A stretch of DNA of 42,412 bases, taken from positions 86,702,603-86,745,014 of the forward strand of contig NC_068983.1 in assembly GCF_001194135.2 (NCBI RefSeq), read 5' to 3'. This DNA is from Octopus bimaculoides. Taxonomy: Eukaryota. The position numbers and the translations under genes were made by a program. The notes under the pieces were generated by a model. The model had not been told where the DNA came from and made no database searches. It saw only the letters and a list, made by a program, of their open reading frames with translations. Every line of letters starts with the position of its first letter. The stretch's first letter is position 1. Positions 35,891-42,412 of the stretch are shown piece by piece.

Positions 35891-36404
35891 GCCTTTGAAT
35901 AGCTTCTAACACTGGAGATGTACTACAGTGTCAGCTGTTCACTACCAGTGAACTAAGGTAATACCTCTTATTTTTCGAGCACCTTCTGGAGTATTGGAGC
36001 AGTTCCAAGCAATGCTGTTTTCTGAAAGTGCACCACCCTTATTGCAGCCTCTATTTGTTCCACGTACTTTTCGAGATTTTTGCTCACTGTTCCCAGGGCT
36101 CCGACAATTATTGGTACTACTGCTACCTTTTTCATCGACCACAACTGCTTAACTTCCCAAGCTAACCTCTCATATCCCTCGACTTTTCTTTCTTCCTTAT
36201 CGCATACCTTGTTGTCAGCTGAGCATGCTTTGTCTATGATCCAGCATAGTTTGTTTTCTTTCTCAATTAAGACTATGTCCGGCTTCCTATTCTCTATCTC
36301 ATGGTCGCATTGAATCATAAAATCCCATAGGATCTTTGCATTTCTATTTTCGACAATGCCTTCAGGTTTGTGGTCGTACCAATTTTTTGCTCTGTCAAGT
36401 CCAT
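35891..36404 (-). mobile_element. R4/Dong-like LINE 3' fragment (REL domain)
   Basis: KNWYDHKPEGIVENRNAKILWDFMIQCDHEIENRKPDIVLIEK..WIIDKAC..VAVVPIIVGALGTV..KTALLGTAPILQKVLEK*. The 5' part runs into a gap. Confidence 0.9.
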
Positions 36405-36851
36405 NNNNNNNNNNNNNNNNNNNNNNNNNNNNNNNNNNNNNNNNNNNNNNNNNNNNNNNNNNNNNNNNNNNNNNNNNNNNNNNNNNNNNNNNNNNNNNNN
36501 NNNNNNNNNNNNNNNNNNNNNNNNNNNNNNNNNNNNNNNNNNNNNNNNNNNNNNNNNNNNNNNNNNNNNNNNNNNNNNNNNNNNNNNNNNNNNNNNNNNN
36601 NNNNNNNNNNNNNNNNNNNNNNNNNNNNNNNNNNNNNNNNNNNNNNNNNNNNNNNNNNNNNNNNNNNNNNNNNNNNNNNNNNNNNNNNNNNNNNNNNNNN
36701 NNNNNNNNNNNNNNNNNNNNNNNNNNNNNNNNNNNNNNNNNNNNNNNNNNNNNNNNNNNNNNNNNNNNNNNNNNNNNNNNNNNNNNNNNNNNNNNNNNNN
36801 NNNNNNNNNNNNNNNNNNNNNNNNNNNNNNNNNNNNNNNNNNNNNNNNNNN

Positions 36852-36936
36852 AAGAAGAAGAAGAAGAAGAAGAAGAAGAAGAAGAAGAAGAAGAAGAAGA
36901 AGAAGAAGAAGAAGAAGAAGAAGAAGAAGAAGAAGA
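36852..36936. repeat. (GAA)n microsatellite
   Basis: Directly after the gap. Confidence 0.95.
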
Positions 36937-37279
36937 AAAGGAGAGAAAAAGGCAACAACAACAGTATCAATAATGTCAAGTATAACAATAGAGGTTAATG
37001 TATATGAGAAAACGTCGCACGAGTAAGTGGTAAGGGGAAGAATGGGAGAGGTGAGAAAAATGTGTCCCTGGAGAGGGAATTTCGCTGAGGATGTAATTTT
37101 TCTTGATAAGATAGAAAGGACATAGTTATATATTATAAGGCTCCCTTATGAATAGAGTTCTATTTAGATTCTAAACCTTCAAAGTATATTACCATCTCTG
37201 GACATACACATACCTACTGGCCAGTCTGCGACTTTAGATTCCCAGGCCTCTGTCCACTCTGGATTATAACTAGAAATTT

Positions 37280-37834
37280 TGTTCAATACATTATGTGCCC
37301 ACCACTCTTTCTCTCTCTCACTCAAAATTCCTCTCTTTCTCTTTCTCTCACACACTTTTTCTCTTTTTCTCTCTCTCCCCCTCTTTCTGTCTTTCTCTAG
37401 CTATCTATCTTTCTCTCTCACTCTCCCATTGTATGAAATATGTGACGTTTATTCTATTGCACACTTAACAACCACCACTACCATGTTCTTCTCTATCATT
37501 ATCATCCTCATCATCATCATTTTCATCATAAACTTTCATCATCGTCACCATCACCACCACCACCTCCACTAATGCCATCATCATCACCACCACCATTACC
37601 ATCCCCATAGTCACCACCATCAACAACATATGTATATATATATATACATATATATATCACCACTCCTAATACGACGGCCACTGATAGCACTATAACTGTC
37701 ACAGTTGCTCTGCTGTCAATACAACGACTACCACCGACTCCACTACCACCACCACTACTACTACTGTTGCCCTCAAGACACACATACACACACATACACA
37801 CACATACACACACACACACACACACACAAATATA

Positions 37835-37915
<81 letters not shown>

Positions 37916-37945
37916 CGTATATACATACACACACATACATATGTG
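37280..37945. repeat. Low-complexity (CT), (CAT/CAC), (CA), (GACA)/(GATA) tracts
   Basis: Direct reading. Confidence 0.9.
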
Positions 37946-38354
37946 NNNNNNNNNNTATATGGATTCCTGTTGTGTCTTAATCTAGATTCCCCATATGTAG
38001 GACTTCTAAGTGTGCCATGACTATTTTAACGTAAGTTGGTGTATAAGTTGTTCACATTGCAACCCCAAGTTGCAAGTAGATCAAGCTAACGAAATAAAAA
38101 TGATTATTTTGCCAAAAGAATTTTATTTCTTCAATGTTAAATTTTTACTTTATACGTTTATGTAAGTTCTTAGAGGTTGAAAAAAATTTTCAGCTAGATT
38201 TCAATGACCTCAAATTTCAGGAGTAATTGTAGTATAAAGTTTAATTATATCAAATAAAGCACTTAGTGTCTCTGTTCTTTATATTTTCAAAATATAGCTT
38301 TACATGTTTCATTCTAAGAAACGGAAAGCTAATTTGTTACAAATGATTAAGAGT

Positions 38355-39260
38355 TATAACTTAAAGGAGTATGTCAGAAACAACGATCAGGAATGAATAA
38401 AGTTATCTTATTTTAAGAGCCCTGTGAAAACATAGACTCTGCAGAAACGCCAACACAACGTACAGGGACTTAATTTAAATTCAATGAAAAGATTTAAAGT
38501 TCACACCCAGCACCACGAAACTTGTAATTTGAATGGAAAATGAGATGATGTCTCGAACTTTGGCAGAAATTTGCGCCGAACAGAAATATTTGATAAAGAA
38601 AATAATGATCAATGGATTGTACAAAATAAACGTAACGACAATTCACCAAAATGTACAGATAAAACATTGGACAAATTCTATGATTATTTAACTACCTTTT
38701 CTTACAATGAACTATCATATCCAAAATTCAAATCAATTCTTAGTCAAAAGAATAACTTGAAATAACTCGAAACAAAAGAAGCATATAAGGAAATAGCTGT
38801 GTTATTGATTTTATTTATTCAAAAACATCTAATTAGCGTTACTTCAGAGTACTACCTATTACAAAATTGAAAATAATTACTAACAGTAAAAAATTATGAA
38901 GAAATCATCACCTTCATTGACCAGCACCGAAGTAGTTTAAAGGACAGGTAGTGATATTACTTAACTTTATATGTAAAAACCAATAAATGACACTGGTAGA
39001 GGATCAATATCAGTGTGTGTACAGTACTTCCTAATACTCAAAAATTAAAACACACACAAACTGAAAACGTTTTGGACTATATTCTAAAACGCATAAGAGA
39101 TGATTTAAACATGTTAAATCATCTGAAACAAAAAAACACGGATTGTATAGATGATGAGAAGATGAGCAGCATATGTATCATGTACCATGTATATTTGAGA
39201 ATGTTTGGTACTATAGCTAATTTAAAGAATCATAAACCGCAAACAGCAGTACGTCGTTGA
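38355..39260 (+). pseudogene. Possible decayed coding sequence of unknown origin
   Basis: Track ORFs 38571-38765 and 39015-39260 share one frame. I count 10 internal stops over about 302 codons, with open stretches of about 73 and 86 codons. Confidence 0.3.
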
Positions 39261-39739
39261 GCTGGCTAGTTGCTGTACAGTTTTGATGAATGAACATTTG
39301 AAAATCAGCGACCTTCTTTCTTGGGTTGCAGTTTTACCAGTGTTTCAAGATTTTGTGGGCTTTATACATACACACACATATACATGTATCTCATATAGAC
39401 GCATACTGTTAAAAAGCACAAGGAATATATCAGTAGCAGGCGAAAAGTGTCTTGCGACAGCGATGAAATTGTATGCATGTATGTATGTATGTATGTATGT
39501 ATGTATGTATGCATGCATGCTTGCATGTATGTATGTATGCATGTATGTATGTATGTATAATAAATCAGAAATTTTTGCTTTGTGACATTTGATATACCTG
39601 TCTATGTTATTCAAGTACATGCGACTGGCCGCTCTAAGTTATTTCTTTTAGCTCATTTATATATAAATTATGCTAATTGCCTAGTAAATTTTTGCATAAG
39701 TCTAAGTCCTTTGGCTTCGAGATATGAAGTTGAGCAGTT

Positions 39740-39784
39740 GTCGAGCCGATGACGGCTACTGAGTAGGAAACAAGTGTTCATGAC
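39740..39784 (+). ncRNA. Degenerate hammerhead-like motif
   Basis: gtcgag-CCGATGA-cgg-CTAC-tga-GTAG-GAAAC-aagt-GTT-catgac. Confidence 0.3.
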
Positions 39785-39963
39785 TGTCCTCTTATCTCCA
39801 GACAGTAAACCTGTCCTTTTCCCTTAATGGCATATCAACTTCGTAGAATTTCCGTTTCTTGAGATTATCTCGAAAGGAGCTGGTCGTAATTACCATATAG
39901 TATTCATGATACATCCTCCAGAGATAATGTTTATAAATCAGGTACGGTATTTGCTATTCCTGA

Positions 39964-40080
<117 letters not shown>

Positions 40081-40184
40081 TCTGTCTCTTAGTCTCTCGT
40101 ATGTATGTGTGTATGTATGTATGTATATGCGTATATATGTATGTATGTATGCATGTATGTATGTATGCACGTACGTACGTATGC

Positions 40185-41980
40185 TGACCCCGTATGTTAT
40201 TTGTCATTCCATCTACCGTAAGCTATGGAAGAGTGGTGACGTGTGCAGACCTTACCTGTTGAAAGTGCACAGTTAAAATTCTGTGCGTAGGCCGCAGGAG
40301 TCTTATCCTAACATCGTTGCTGTATCTTCCTGTGACAGGTACTAACTCTGGTGGAGATTCTTGCGATTGAGCAGCCCCTTTTCGCGGGGAGCACTCCTCA
40401 CCCAAGTTCTTGGGAAGGAACTATAAAAGGTGCGCTGAACACTACCTAATACATCGTCACTAGTTTGTTCTCCAGCAGCTAACGGTGATTCGTTCAAACA
40501 GGAACAGGACGCAAGAAAGATGTGATAAAATATTCGCAAAAGGTCGAGCTAAACTCAATATCTGTTTCTGGAATGCTAGAACCTTACTGAATCAAACTTC
40601 ATCTAATTATCCTGAACGAAGAACAATACTTGTGACTAAAGAACTTTAAGGGCTGCAAATAGATATTGCAGCTTATACATCTCTCTGAGGAAGATCAGCT
40701 TATTGAAGTATCAACAGGCTACATACTCTTCTGGGTTGGCAAACCAATAGGTGAACGATGAGGTGGAGTCAGTTTTGTGATCAGCACGCTTGGAATGATC
40801 ATTTAGTTTCACTGACTGCATAATGAAGCTCCGTTTTCCTCTTTCATGTGGACTACACGCGACAATCTTGTAAATTTATGCTCCAACTCTCCATCCACAC
40901 TGGTTGATGAAAAATTGATCAATCTTGGCGATTTTAAAGCACGAATTATAAAGATTATGAGACATGGGATGTACTTGGCCTCTGTGGCATCGGTAAAGTG
41001 AACGATAATGTTTTGAGGCTATTTGAACTTAGTCACCTGCAGCACATTCTTTCGTCAAACACTCAAGCACAATGTTACATGGACTCTTCTGAGATCTAAG
41101 AATGCGCAAATGATCGACTTTATCGTCATCTGTAAACGTGACCTTAGCGACGTCTATAACGTAAGTGTGATGCGAAGCTATAACGTAAGTGTGGTGTTAC
41201 ACAGATAACAGGATGATACGAGGAAAATTCAAAATATGAATCCGTAAAAAGATTCATATGAATGGAGTAAAGATAGCGAATCGTATCGACGTCTCAAAAT
41301 CGAAACTGCCCAATGTACTTGAGACAACTTGATAGTTTTGACTTTGATGGAACAAGAGAGAGCTTTCAAAATCAAGTGTACTCAGGACTAGTTTGATGAT
41401 AACGAGCCTGCTACCAACCAGCTAATGAAAATGAAACAAGCTCTTTACGAAAAGGTCTTGAGTCAGTGCTTTTGGGTATTACCAAGAGAACTTAAATGGA
41501 ATGTAAAGAATATAAGCAACATTTTCAATAGGAACTTTAAAAAATTAAGAATGAGTGGTGATTGAAGGTTTCTTCGGAGATTCAAAGAGTCAACGATGCA
41601 AATGATTCAAAACTATTTTATGGTCTCCTGAGTGAAGTGTTCACCCCACCAACTTCAACTGTAGTTCCTTTGAGGTCCAAGGACAACACTACTCTCATCA
41701 AAGAAACAGCGGAAGCCCCCAGCGCTGGCAAGAATACTTCACTGATTTATTTGATGATAATATTATAGAGTCGTCCGATCAATCCAGTGGAAGCTACGAC
41801 TTTCGTCCGTCACCTAGGCTTCAAACCATGCAGTTCAGCAGCGAGACCGAATTATCATCTGAGAGATCATAAACGGAAGGTGAGAAATGCTGTTGACAAC
41901 AAGGAAGGTCATAGAGATGGCAATCTTTTGTCAAAATGGAGCAGTCACCATGTATGCAAGCTTGTATATATTTGGACCAG
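40185..41980 (+). mobile_element. RTE-clade LINE 5' half (APE endonuclease to RT start), heavily decayed
   Basis: WNARTL, PERRTILVTKEL..IDIAA, GYILFWVGKP, IYAPT, LINLGDFKAR, TFFRQ..HNVTW..RSK..MIDFIV, SKLFYGLL..PLRSKD.TTLI. The 5'UTR boundary is approximate. Confidence 0.8.
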
Positions 41981-42412
41981 TTTCGAACTCAATCTGCAAC
42001 TTTTTGATACTGATCTAGCTTTTCTGGGGGTTACTAATTTTATACTCCATAGAAAATTGAAAATTCTTCGATAGTAAAGTAAGTGCTAACACCGAATTTG
42101 AAACCAATGTCTTCAGAAACCATTTGGTTAATGCAATAAATAATTGAGAATTCTTCGGAGATTATACGAGACTGAATTCATTCGGAATTTTATTAGTATT
42201 AATTGGTCAAGCTCCGAGGAACTCGTTAGGAAATATATGATTCCACTTAACTCACTCCTCGCATTTATTTATTTTCCTTTCTTGATTTGACCGTTCTGTG
42301 TGCATCCACACATATAATATATATGTGTGTGTGTATATGAATATATGCTTATATGTGTGTGTGAGTGTGTATACACACACACACATATACATACATATAT
42401 ATAGACATATAT

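Overview
Eukaryotic, AT-rich, non-coding window dominated by microsatellites and decayed transposable elements, with 12 assembly gaps (about 5.4 kb of N). The SINE families and microsatellite load look like a coleoid cephalopod, probably Octopus (inference from remembered repeat sequences, not a search). There is no intact protein-coding gene, rRNA, true tRNA or CRISPR array, and most of the supplied ORF track is an artefact of N-runs or microsatellites. Supportable content: four R4/Dong-like REL-endonuclease LINE remnants of different families, a CRE-like RT fragment, an RTE-like LINE 5' half, two DD37D (maT) and one mariner transposase pseudogenes, three hAT-type MITE copies, several tRNA-derived SINE families (many in head-to-tail arrays), two foldback palindromes, two minisatellites and a few candidate minus-strand host exons. 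Best leads: (1) three R4/Dong LINEs end tail-to-tail with the same SINE family across a shared triplet microsatellite; (2) a composite SINE is bounded by a single TSD and shares its internal junction with a second locus 8 kb away; (3) several hammerhead-ribozyme-like motifs of Penelope type, one inside a foldback.
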